Origin: Planctomycetota bacterium
GTDB taxonomy: Bacteria > Planctomycetota > UBA11346
Length of the DNA: 45,742 nucleotides
Assembly (NCBI GenBank): GCA_038231435.1
Contig: JBBRLJ010000042.1
Coordinates: 1-45,742 of the forward strand
Direction: 5' to 3'
Shown in pieces: positions 8,125 to 16,987 of this stretch. The position numbers and the translations under genes were made by a program. The notes beneath the pieces were generated by a model that saw nothing but the letters and a program-made list of their open reading frames with translations, had not been told where the DNA came from and searched no databases. Every line of letters begins with the position of its first letter. The first letter of the stretch is position 1.

Positions 8125-10401
8125 TCAGCCGATGATGCGCGAGCCGACCTGGAACACGGCCAGGCAGGCGACGTAGGCGAGCGAATTCATGTACACGATC
8201 ATGAAGATCGGCCACGCCCAGCCGCCGGTCTCGCGGCGGACGACGGCGATGGTCGACATGCACTGCATGGCCAGCACGAACCACACCAGCAGCGTCGCCG
8301 CCACCAGCGGCGTCCACACCAGGGAGCCATCGGGGCGGCGGTCGGTGGCGATCGCTTCGCTGAGCCCGGTGGTACCACGCGTCTCGGTGTCGCCGACGCC
8401 GTAGACGATGCCCAAGGTCGAGACGAAGACCTCGCGCGCCGCGAACGCGCCGATCAGGCCGATGCCGATCTTCCAATCGCCACCGATCGGCGCGATCGCC
8501 GGTTCGATGACATGCCCGAAGCGGCCGGCGTACGAGTTGGCCATCTGCGCGCTGGCGACCGCGTCGTCGACGCGCTCCTGCACCGGGTCAGCGATGGGCA
8601 CGGCTTCGGGGGTGTCATTGCCACGATCACGTTCCGCAGGAGCGACGACTGGGGCGGTCGCCGACGCCGTGGGAGCCGCAGCGCGCGCCTGCGCTTCGAT
8701 GGCGGACGCACGCTCGGCGGGCAACCGTGGATAGTACGACAGCGCCCACAGCAGCACCGACAGCGAGAAGATGATGGTGCCGGCCTTGGTGAGGAATTTG
8801 CTCGAATTGACCCACACCTGGCGCGCGATCTCGGTGACCTGCGGCGCCTTGTAGCTCGGCATCTCGAGGATGAACGAACCTTTCGGACCCTTGCGCAGGA
8901 GGGTGCGGCGGAACACCCATGCGACCACGGCCGCAGCGACGATGCCGAGCACGTAGCAGCCGAGCATGATCATGCCCTGCGCGAATGGCCGCTGCATCGG
9001 CGTGAAGAAGGGGGCGAAGAAGGTGCCGATGAGCAGGAAGTAGACCGGCAGGCGCGCGCTGCAGCTCATGAACGGCGCGACCATGATGGTGGCGAGGCGG
9101 TCCTTCCTGCTGTCGATGGTGCGCGTGGCCATGATCCCGGGGATCGCACAGGCGAACGAGCTCAGCAACGGGATGAAGCTCTTGCCGTGCAGCCCGACCT
9201 TGGAGAGCACGCGATCCATCAGGAAGGCCGCGCGCGCCAGGTAGCCGCTGTCCTCCATGATCGCCAGGAACAGGAAGAGGATGGCGATCTGCGGCACGAA
9301 CACCACCACGGCGCCGACGCCCTTGACGATGCCATCGAGCAGCAGCGATTTCAGTGGTCCGGGCGCGAGATGCGTGGTCAGCAGCGCGCCGAGCGCGTCG
9401 ACGCCCGTCTGCAGGCCGCTCATCAGCGGCTGCGCGATCCAGAACACGCTCACGAACACCGCCGCCATCACCACCGCGAAGATGGCGAGGCCCAGCACCG
9501 GGTGCATCAGCGCCCCATCGACGCGCTCGGTGAGGGTACGCTTGGCGGCGATCTCGCTGCGCGTGACTGTGCGCCCCACCAGGCCATCGATCCAGGCGTA
9601 GCGGGCCTCGATGTCGACGAGCACGGGGTCGAGGCCCTCGCCGGCGAAACGTTCGCGCGAGCGGGCGAGCGAGGGTTCGAGCCGCGCCGCGTGGCCGGAG
9701 ATGTCGGCGGCGGTGTCGCCGATCAGCAGGCGGTGGGCGATCGCGCCCATGGCGGATGCGTCCGGTCCGATCTCGGCACCGACCCGACGCATCTCGCAGG
9801 TCATGGCGGCGGGCAGCGACCAGGCAGGCAAGGGCGCGGGAACGGGTTTCGCCAACACCGCGTCGATGGCGTCCTTGAGGTCGTCGACGCCTCGCGAGCG
9901 ATGGCCGACCATCGGCACCACCTGGACGCCGAGTTCGCGCGCGAGCGCGGCGGCGTCGACGTGCAGGCCGCGCCGCTCGGCGATGTCGGTCATGTTCAGC
10001 GCCACCACCAGGGGTCGCCCGAGCTCGAGCAGCTGGCTGACCAGGTAGAGGTTGCGCGGCAGGTTCGAGGCGTCGATCACCGCGATCAGCGCGTCGGGGG
10101 GCGGCGTGTCGGGACGCAGCCCGCGCAGGATCTCGGTGGTGACCTGCTCGTCGGGTGAGCTGGGGATCAGGCTGTAGGTGCCAGGGAGATCGACCACGTC
10201 GACCCAGTGCTGGGCGTCGCCGCGCCCGACGCGGCAGCGCCCGGTCTTCTTGTCGACGGTGACGCCCGGATAGTTGGCGACCTTCTGGCGCAGACCGGTG
10301 AGGGCGTTGAATACCGTGGTCTTGCCGGAATTGGGATTCCCGGCGATCGCTACGGTGCGGGTGGCTGGGCCACCCGCGCGCACAGGTGCGAGACCGAGCA
10401 T
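8125..10401 (-). CDS. feoB: Ferrous iron transporter B
   Basis: GNPNSGKT, NYPGVTV, DLPG, NMTD G-motifs; EDSGYLARAAF, CSARLPVY, AREVFVS membrane-domain motifs. Confidence 0.97.
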   Translation of the reverse strand: MLGLAPVRAGGPATRTVAIAGNPNSGKTTVFNALTGLRQKVANYPGVTVDKKTGRCRVGRGDAQHWVDVVDLPGTYSLIPSSPDEQVTTEILRGLRPDTPPPDALIAVIDASNLPRNLYLVSQLLELGRPLVVALNMTDIAERRGLHVDAAALARELGVQVVPMVGHRSRGVDDLKDAIDAVLAKPVPAPLPAWSLPAAMTCEMRRVGAEIGPDASAMGAIAHRLLIGDTAADISGHAARLEPSLARSRERFAGEGLDPVLVDIEARYAWIDGLVGRTVTRSEIAAKRTLTERVDGALMHPVLGLAIFAVVMAAVFVSVFWIAQPLMSGLQTGVDALGALLTTHLAPGPLKSLLLDGIVKGVGAVVVFVPQIAILFLFLAIMEDSGYLARAAFLMDRVLSKVGLHGKSFIPLLSSFACAIPGIMATRTIDSRKDRLATIMVAPFMSCSARLPVYFLLIGTFFAPFFTPMQRPFAQGMIMLGCYVLGIVAAAVVAWVFRRTLLRKGPKGSFILEMPSYKAPQVTEIARQVWVNSSKFLTKAGTIIFSLSVLLWALSYYPRLPAERASAIEAQARAAAPTASATAPVVAPAERDRGNDTPEAVPIADPVQERVDDAVASAQMANSYAGRFGHVIEPAIAPIGGDWKIGIGLIGAFAAREVFVSTLGIVYGVGDTETRGTTGLSEAIATDRRPDGSLVWTPLVAATLLVWFVLAMQCMSTIAVVRRETGGWAWPIFMIVYMNSLAYVACLAVFQVGSRIIG

Positions 10402-10404
10402 GGC

Positions 10405-10734
10405 CTACGGACCGGCGATTCGCGCGATGGATATCGGAGAGATGGTGATCAGGCGCGCCTGATCGGCGCGCACGCTCAGCAGGTATCCGCGCACGCGCAG
10501 TTCGATGGGATCCCCCAGAGGCGCCCGGCGCAGGACCTCGACGACCATGCCTGGGCACAGACCCATCTCGAGGAGCCGACGGCGGATGCCCGCCTCGCCA
10601 CGCACCGCCAGCAGGGTGGCTGACGATCCGGTGGCCAGTTGGTCGAGGGTATGGTCGACGCTCGGATCCGCGGGGCGGGTTCCGGAGGTCAGGCTGGTCG
10701 ACGGTTGGACGCTGGCCTGGAGGGCTGCGGTCAT
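10405..10734 (-). CDS. feoA: Ferrous iron transport protein A
   Basis: RRRLLEMGLCPG...APLGDPIELRVRGYLLSVR; immediately upstream of feoB. Confidence 0.93.
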   Translation of the reverse strand: MTAALQASVQPSTSLTSGTRPADPSVDHTLDQLATGSSATLLAVRGEAGIRRRLLEMGLCPGMVVEVLRRAPLGDPIELRVRGYLLSVRADQARLITISPISIARIAGP

Positions 10735-10740
10735 GGGCCT

Positions 10741-10769
10741 ATCATGACTTATTGAGAATCGTTTTCAAC
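10741..10769 (-). promoter_or_regulatory. feoA promoter overlapped by a Fur-like box
   Basis: Minus strand TTGAAA-N16-CATGAT-N6-ATG. Palindrome TTGAGAAT-C-GTTTTCAA (10752-10768) matches the Fur 7-1-7 motif TGATAAT-n-ATTATCA at 11/14. Confidence 0.8.
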
Positions 10770-10779
10770 AAAGAACCGA

Positions 10780-11679
10780 TCACCCGGTAGGCCAACCGCG
10801 ACCGGTTATATCGGCCAGGATCTGCGCGTGCGCGGCCCCGCCAGCAGCCAGGAAAGGCACCTTTGCTCCGATGTAATCCTTTAGTGTAAATGGAAATAGA
10901 TCATTTCCACTCAGATCAGTGACACGCCCTCCCGCAGCCAGGACCACGGCCGCCGCGGCGGCCACGTCCCATAATTTACCATTCACGGTGATGGCTGCAT
11001 GGGCGACTCCGGCACCCACGTGCACGGCCTCCAACGCGGCGCTGCCGAGCATGCGGAACTTCCATGGCGAGGTCGCCAGCCAGTGGGAGATGAACCCAGG
11101 CAGGGCGCCACGCCGGTCGAGCAGGTTGCAGGTCAGCATGACCAGGGAGCGGTCGCTCATCGGCGTGGACGGGGCCGCGACTGGTCGATGGTCGATCCAG
11201 GCTCCCGCCCCGGCGGCTCCAGCGTAGGTCTGCTGGCGCGTGACGTCGTGGACGACTCCGAGCACCGGCATGCCACGATCGAGCAGGCCGATGCAGACCG
11301 CGAAACAGCCGAGCCCGGCGACGAAGTTGTTGGTGCCATCGATGGGATCGATCACCCACCAGCGTTCGCCGCGCGCCGGCGGGCAGTTGGTGATGCCCGC
11401 GCCGTCGTCGCTCTCCTCGCCGATGATGCCGTCGTCGGGAAAGCGGCGGCGCAGCTCGGCGACGATCAGGCGCTGGGTCGCGCGATCGGCCTCGGTCACC
11501 GCCTCGGTCGGCTCCCAACCCTGGATGCGCTCGCCAGCGCTGGTCTTGGTCAGGCGCTCGACCCGTCCATGACTGGCCATGACCTGGGATCCCGCATGGC
11601 GCGCCAGCTCCACGATGACGGCGAGTTCGGCGGGCATGGCAGGGTCGGAGGTCATGTCCAAAGGCCTGTCTGAATGCAT
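10780..11679 (-). CDS. Inositol monophosphatase (SuhB-like) family protein
   Basis: VTEAD, GEE, WVIDPIDGTNNF, RMLGSAAL, WDVAAA. Confidence 0.92.
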   Translation of the reverse strand: MHSDRPLDMTSDPAMPAELAVIVELARHAGSQVMASHGRVERLTKTSAGERIQGWEPTEAVTEADRATQRLIVAELRRRFPDDGIIGEESDDGAGITNCPPARGERWWVIDPIDGTNNFVAGLGCFAVCIGLLDRGMPVLGVVHDVTRQQTYAGAAGAGAWIDHRPVAAPSTPMSDRSLVMLTCNLLDRRGALPGFISHWLATSPWKFRMLGSAALEAVHVGAGVAHAAITVNGKLWDVAAAAAVVLAAGGRVTDLSGNDLFPFTLKDYIGAKVPFLAAGGAAHAQILADITGRGWPTG

Positions 11680-11703
11680 AGCTGCGAGCCTAGGCGTCCG
11701 CCG

Positions 11704-12522
11704 CTATTCGCCAATGGACTCGCCAGCACCACCCCACGTGCATGCGCGGGATAGCCACGTCGCTCCGAAGGCGTGTCCGCCGTAAACCAGCAGGGTCAGG
11801 CGCGTGAGTGGGGTCATCGCGCGATCTTCGCGCAGGGCGAGCGCGATATCCTCGGCGTTCGCGCGCATCGCCCAGCTGCCGCGATGCTCCTCGTGGTCGA
11901 CCCGGCGTTCGAGTTCAGCGCGCGTCAGCTTGGTCACCGCGAGGAACGTCAGCTCGGGCTGGCCGAGGGCGAGATCGCCGCCGAGCGCGAGGCAGCGCAG
12001 GTCAACGAGATCCGCCGCGCCGAGTCCCAGCTCCTCGCGCAGCTCGCGTGCCATGTCCTCGACCACGTCCAGGCCGTCGCTCGGCTCCAGGCAGCCGCCG
12101 AAGGGGTGGGCGCAGTCGGGGTAGAGCGCGACGTGCGGCCCGCGCTCGCCGAAGACCAGGAAGCCGTCGCTGCTGAGCACCGCCGCGCTGGTGCCCACGG
12201 CATTGGCCATCGCCTGCGCGCCGAGCGAAGCCGCGAGATGGGCGTTTCGGCCATTGGTGCCCAGGAAGACCTTGTACGAGGTGCGGCTCAGCGTGAGGTG
12301 CAGGCCGTGCCCGTCCACGCGCCAGGATTCCAGGCGGCAGAGCGGCCCGTCGAACAGGTGCACGCCCGGACGCGCCATGGTGGTGGTCCAGGTGGATTCG
12401 ATGAGCGCGGCGACCGGCGGGGTGATGCACAGACCGCTGGGCACCCATTCCACCCGGATGGCGCCGGATGGCCAATCGCCGCGGGCATGGATGACGAAGG
12501 TCGGCGCGCCCGGAGCTGGCAT
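11704..12522 (-). CDS. Nudix-fold hydrolase (NUDT22-like)
   Basis: LFDGPLCRL, TSYKVFLGTN and Nudix-box-like GGCLEP...RELREELGL. Start ATG 12522 chosen because the longer ORF runs into ilvA. Confidence 0.7.
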   Translation of the reverse strand: MPAPGAPTFVIHARGDWPSGAIRVEWVPSGLCITPPVAALIESTWTTTMARPGVHLFDGPLCRLESWRVDGHGLHLTLSRTSYKVFLGTNGRNAHLAASLGAQAMANAVGTSAAVLSSDGFLVFGERGPHVALYPDCAHPFGGCLEPSDGLDVVEDMARELREELGLGAADLVDLRCLALGGDLALGQPELTFLAVTKLTRAELERRVDHEEHRGSWAMRANAEDIALALREDRAMTPLTRLTLLVYGGHAFGATWLSRACTWGGAGESIGE

Positions 12523-12598
12523 GCGCGGACGGTGGAGCGCGCCCTGGGATGTCAATCCAGCGGTGGAATTCGCCGCCGTGGCCTGCACCGTGGCTGGC

Positions 12599-13804
12599 GT
12601 GAGCGTCACCCTCGAACACATCCTGGCCGCGCGCGAACGCATCCGGGAACACATCTATCACAGCCCGTGCCCGTACTCGCTGAGCCTCAGCCGGCTGTGC
12701 GGGTCCGAGGTCTACTGCAAGCTCGATCACCTGCAGGTCACCGGCAGCTTCAAGGAGCGCGGCGCGCGCAACAAGCTGATGCTGCTGAGCGCCGAGAGTC
12801 GCAGCCGTGGGGTGGTGGCGGTGTCCGCCGGCAACCACGCCCTCGGCCTGGCCTTCCATGGCCGCGAGCTCGGCGTGCCGGTGACCGTGGTGATGCCGAA
12901 ATGGGCGCCGCTGGTGAAGGTCAGCAACTGCCGCGGTTTCGGCGCAGAGGTCGTGCAACACGGCGAGAGCTTCGCCGAGGCCCGCGCGCGCGCGCTCGAG
13001 ATCGGCGCGCAGCGCGGCATGACCTTCGTGCCGCCCTACGATGATGAGGACATCATCGCCGGCCAGGGCACGCTCGGGCTCGAGCTGCTCGAGGATCTGC
13101 CCGAACTGGATGCGGTGATCGTTCCGGTCGGCGGCGGCGGGCTGATCGCCGGCATCGCCACCGCGATCAAATCGCTGCGCCCGAGCACCACGGTGATCGG
13201 CGTCGAAGCCCTGAGCGCACCCACCATGCACGAGGCGCTCGCGGCGGGCCATCCGGTGCCCATCACATCCAAGCCGACGCTGGCCGACGGCCTCGCGGTC
13301 GCCCAGGCCGGCGAGTTCTGCTTTCCGATCGCCAAGCGCCTGGTCGACCGCTTCGTGCTGGTCGACGAGGCGCAGATCGCCCAGGCGGTGTTGCGCCTGC
13401 TCGAGCACGAGAAGCAGGTAGTCGAGGGCGCCGGCGCGGTGCCGCTCGCGGCGCTCATGGCCAGGGATCTCGGCCTTGAGGGCCAAACCGTCGCGCTGGT
13501 GCTGTGCGGCGGCAACATCGATGTGACCATGATCGCGCGGGTGATCGACCGCGGCCTGGCCGCCGAGGGCCGGCTCTGCCACATCGAGACCCGGGTCAGC
13601 GACCGGCCCGGCAACCTGGCACGGATGCTCGCGGTGGTCGCCGAATCCGGGGCGAGCATCAAGGACGTGCGCCACGACCGCAACTTCGGCCCGGCGGACG
13701 TCGCCATCGTCGCGATCACCCTGGTGGTCGAGACCCGCGACCACGCCCATATCGCCGAGGTGCGCAAGGCCCTGCGCGCGGCCGGGATCGATCTCGCGGA
13801 GTGA
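12599..13804 (+). CDS. ilvA: Threonine/serine ammonia-lyase with a single C-terminal ACT domain
   Basis: TGSFKERGA (PLP Lys), SAGNHA, PVGGGGL, GGNID, ACT motif DRPGNL. Start set at GTG 12599. Confidence 0.92.
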   Translation: MSVTLEHILAARERIREHIYHSPCPYSLSLSRLCGSEVYCKLDHLQVTGSFKERGARNKLMLLSAESRSRGVVAVSAGNHALGLAFHGRELGVPVTVVMPKWAPLVKVSNCRGFGAEVVQHGESFAEARARALEIGAQRGMTFVPPYDDEDIIAGQGTLGLELLEDLPELDAVIVPVGGGGLIAGIATAIKSLRPSTTVIGVEALSAPTMHEALAAGHPVPITSKPTLADGLAVAQAGEFCFPIAKRLVDRFVLVDEAQIAQAVLRLLEHEKQVVEGAGAVPLAALMARDLGLEGQTVALVLCGGNIDVTMIARVIDRGLAAEGRLCHIETRVSDRPGNLARMLAVVAESGASIKDVRHDRNFGPADVAIVAITLVVETRDHAHIAEVRKALRAAGIDLAE

Positions 13805-13910
13805 TCTCGGTGGCGAGGATGTACTGCCATTCACGTTGTCGACGCTATCGTCCCAGCCACGCACGTCCGCGCATGTTCGCGCGCGACGCCCAAGACGAGG
13901 AACTTGCAGG

Positions 13911-14660
13911 ATGAGCAGCTTCGCGCCGGCGCGACCGGACCCGAAATACGTCACCGGTGGACCCGCGTCGGAGATGGCCATGCCCGGCATGCATGCGCTG
14001 GTCATGCCGACGCTGCTGCGAGAGGCGCCGCCCGCTACCCGGCCGCGCGTGCTCGATGTCGGCGCTGGGCAGGGAGCGTTGGCTCTGCGCCTGCGCGATG
14101 CCGGGTACCAGGTATCCGCCTGCGACATGTACCCAGAGATGTTCAAGGCCCCGGGCATCGAATGCCTGCGGGTCGATGCGCATGGCCGGCTGCCCTACGG
14201 GGACGCGTCCTTCGACCTGGTGACGGCGTACGAGGTCACCGAGCACCTCGAGAGCCACCTCGGATTCTTCCGTGAAGTCGCGCGCGTACTCGCTCCCGGT
14301 GGCAAGTTCATCTTCACCACGCCGAACATCATGTCGCTGAAGTCGCGCATGATGTTCCTCACCACCGGCTACCTGAATCTGCACGGGCCGCTCGATCCGG
14401 CCGAGCAGGATCCGGTCGACCAGCACATTTCGGCGTTCTCGCCGGATCGCTACCGTTTCATCCTCGCGCAGAGCGGCTTCACCCTCGACCGCCTCGATTG
14501 CGACAAGAAGCAGCGCACCAGCCTGATGCTCGGCTTCCTGGCGCCCTTCATCCGCTGGCGCGCGCGCCGGAGCTACGGGCGCACGCCGGGGGTCGAATTC
14601 AACAACTGCCCTGCGGCGTTGTACGGCCGCATCCTGGTCGGCATCGCGACTAGAATTTAA
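13911..14660 (+). CDS. Class I SAM-dependent methyltransferase
   Basis: VLDVGAGQG motif I, FDLVTAYEVTEH, LAPGGKFIFTTPN. Confidence 0.88.
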   Translation: MSSFAPARPDPKYVTGGPASEMAMPGMHALVMPTLLREAPPATRPRVLDVGAGQGALALRLRDAGYQVSACDMYPEMFKAPGIECLRVDAHGRLPYGDASFDLVTAYEVTEHLESHLGFFREVARVLAPGGKFIFTTPNIMSLKSRMMFLTTGYLNLHGPLDPAEQDPVDQHISAFSPDRYRFILAQSGFTLDRLDCDKKQRTSLMLGFLAPFIRWRARRSYGRTPGVEFNNCPAALYGRILVGIATRI

Positions 14661-14662
14661 TC

Positions 14663-14910
14663 GGGGCTCTGCCCCAAACCCCGCGCCCTTTGTCGCTCCT
14701 CTTTTTGTCCGCCAGGCGGCCAAAACGTTTGCGTGATGGGCTGCGCCCATTATTCACGCAAACCGGAGCTCGGCGGGCGCTTTTTTCATTGGGGGCTGCG
14801 CCCCCAAACCCCCACGCCCTTTGTCGCTCCTCTTTTTGTCCGTGCCGGCCAAAAAGTTTGCGTGATGGGCTGCGCCCATTATTCACGCAAACCGGAGCTC
14901 GGCGGGCGCT
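14663..14910. repeat. Two tandem copies (period about 129 nt) of a REP-like element with two hairpins
   Basis: Copies at 14663-14781 and 14792-14910. Each has GGGGCTnnGCCCC(C)AAACCCC and GTTTGCGTGA-TGGGCTGCGCCCA-TTAT-TCACGCAAAC. Confidence 0.93.
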
Positions 14911-14945
14911 CGCGGCTTGTGCCGCTCGGGGGGAAGGATGAGCCG

Positions 14946-15746
14946 TCAGGCGTCGAGGAGCCAGCGCGCGGCGGGGGGGAGGCGGTCAGCGGTGCGCACG
15001 CGCAGGTGTTCGCGCTGGTTGAGCTGCTGGGAGTGTTCGCGGGCGCAGAAGTAGGCGTGCAGGGTGCGGCGCGGGGTGCCGTCCTGGTTATCGGTGCCGC
15101 CGTGCCAGGTGTGCGAATTCATCGCCACTACGGTTCCCGGAGGCGCCTCGAGGACGCGCTGGCGCGGGTGGTCCTTCGAGCAGTCCTCCATCTCGGCGTC
15201 GGGTCCATGATCGAGGACATGGCTCCCTGGCACCAGACGGGTCGCGCCATTGGCCGTGGTCAAGCCATCCAGGGCCCAGATGCAGTTGACGACGTGGAAG
15301 GGTTCGCCAGCGGAGCGCTTGCCCCAATCGGCGTGCAGGCCCTGGCGGCCGAAGCCGCGCTGCGCGTCGCGACCGCTGAGCGCCGAGAGCTTGAACGGCC
15401 TGCCGAGCACGTGCGCCACCACCGCCAGGATGCGGGGGTGCAGCCAGGCGTGGTCCCACATGCTTCCCTTGTTGACCAGATCCGCGAGGCGACGGCAGCC
15501 GACTTCGCGGTGGAACTCTCCTTTGTAGCTCGACACCGAGTACAGGTCAGCGCCTTCATTGACGACCAGCTCTTCGTAGCGGGCGCGGGCGGTGGCCAGC
15601 CAGGCCTCGTCAGCGAGGCCGGAGAGCAGGACGAAGCCCTGCTCGTCGAGGGAGCTGCGCTCCCTCCCGGTGAGCATGCCCGCATCGGCATGCAGGTCGG
15701 CGGGGATGTCGAGGGCCTGAAGGATGTCGCAGGGGGCGGTGGGCAC
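14946..15746 (-). CDS. Phytanoyl-CoA dioxygenase (PhyH) family Fe(II)/2-oxoglutarate dioxygenase
   Basis: LHAD (HxD), NGATRLVPGSH, WHGG, RRTL. GTG start preceded by GGAG SD. Confidence 0.88.
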   Translation of the reverse strand: MPTAPCDILQALDIPADLHADAGMLTGRERSSLDEQGFVLLSGLADEAWLATARARYEELVVNEGADLYSVSSYKGEFHREVGCRRLADLVNKGSMWDHAWLHPRILAVVAHVLGRPFKLSALSGRDAQRGFGRQGLHADWGKRSAGEPFHVVNCIWALDGLTTANGATRLVPGSHVLDHGPDAEMEDCSKDHPRQRVLEAPPGTVVAMNSHTWHGGTDNQDGTPRRTLHAYFCAREHSQQLNQREHLRVRTADRLPPAARWLLDA

Positions 15747-15995
15747 GGTGGTGTCTCCGTCGCCAACGCTACCGCGTGAGCGCGTTGGCCGCGAGTGGCG
15801 GCTCGTCGGCACCGTGAGCGTGGCAAGGATGCTTCGTCGGGTGAGAGGTCATATGTAGCGATTTAACCTGCAAAAATCTGCATTTACTGCTCCTGTTCCC
15901 ATTACACGACGACCGCCCGGAGAAGCGTGTACACCGTGAGCCGGATCAGGCGGGAACGGATTTTGCGCAATGGCTGGGTCGATAGCATCTTGACC

Positions 15996-16889
15996 ATGGC
16001 CACCCGGATCCGGCATCCCCTCGCCTTCCAGCCCGGCGGCTTCGGCTCCGACGTGCTGCCGGACATCGTGTGGGCCGGATTCAACACCTGGACGCGGCGC
16101 CAACCCCAGAACCTCGGCCGCCATGCCCACGAGCATGCCTGGGAGATCCATTTCCTGGTGCGCGGCCAGATCGATGAATGGATCAGCGACCGCAGCCACA
16201 TCGTGCGCAGCAACGATCTGTTCGTCATGGCCCCGGGCCATGAGCACAGCGGCATGGACGTGGTCCTCCATCGCTGCGACATGTGCTGGCTGGCGGTGAC
16301 ACTCACCCCCGAGAGCCTGCGCGGTCTGGACGCAGGCGAGCGCGCCTCGCTCATCGAGACCTTCGCGTCGATCCGACCGGTACCGTTCCAGGCGGAGGAG
16401 GGGCTGTTGCCCGCGTTCGCCGGACTGTTGTCCGAAGGACTCGGCCGGCGCGAGCAGGCGGCGTCGATCTGCCGCGCGCACGTCCATCGCATCCTCTTCG
16501 GCGTGGCGCGTTCGTGGGCGGCATTCACCCGTGATCGACCAAGCGCCGGTGCGTACACCAAGCCGATCGCCAACGCGGTCGACCTGCTGCGCGAACGCCT
16601 CGCAGCTCCTGTTCGCGTCGACGCGCTCGCGCGCGCCGTGGGCATGAGTCGCAGCGTGTTCTCGGAGCGGTTCGTCGCGGAGACCGGCATGAGTCCAGCC
16701 GAATTCCTGGCCCAGGCGAGGATCGATCGCGCCAAGGCGATGCTCCCGCGATCGAACAACACCGAGATCGCCTTCGCGCTCGGCTTCGCGAGCGTCCAGC
16801 ATTTCGGCACCGTCTTCAAACGTCACACCGGCCTTACCCCCGGCGCCTGGCGCCGCCGCCCGCCACCCGCCGGCGAATCGCCGAATTAA
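15996..16889 (+). CDS. AraC/XylS-family transcriptional regulator with N-terminal cupin domain
   Basis: [11 protein letters not shown] cupin motif; C-terminal [26 protein letters not shown]. Confidence 0.9.
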   Translation: MATRIRHPLAFQPGGFGSDVLPDIVWAGFNTWTRRQPQNLGRHAHEHAWEIHFLVRGQIDEWISDRSHIVRSNDLFVMAPGHEHSGMDVVLHRCDMCWLAVTLTPESLRGLDAGERASLIETFASIRPVPFQAEEGLLPAFAGLLSEGLGRREQAASICRAHVHRILFGVARSWAAFTRDRPSAGAYTKPIANAVDLLRERLAAPVRVDALARAVGMSRSVFSERFVAETGMSPAEFLAQARIDRAKAMLPRSNNTEIAFALGFASVQHFGTVFKRHTGLTPGAWRRRPPPAGESPN

Positions 16890-16957
16890 GATTGCATTGC
16901 AACCCAGCCCAAACCCTCCCTGCTCCCCGCCTTCCGGGGGGCAGCGCGGAGCGCGAT

Positions 16958-16981
16958 GTTGGGGGGCCGTAGCCCCCCAAC
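16958..16981. repeat. GC hairpin between convergent genes (REP-like element or bidirectional terminator)
   Basis: GTTGGGGGGC-CGTA-GCCCCCCAAC, a perfect 10-bp stem. CCGCCTTCC at 16927-16935 is the reverse complement of the GGAAGGCGG ending the 3.9-kb element. Confidence 0.65.
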
Positions 16982-16987
16982 TGAGAG

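Noticed and set aside
10860..10891. dif-like site (TTAGTGTAAAT resembles the XerD arm); also ATTTAACCTG at 15861
   Set aside because: The XerC arm and 6-nt spacer do not fit in either case.
14650..14941. Short ORFs with duplicated peptides (78 aa and 83 aa)
   Set aside because: They are translations of the tandem palindromic repeat.
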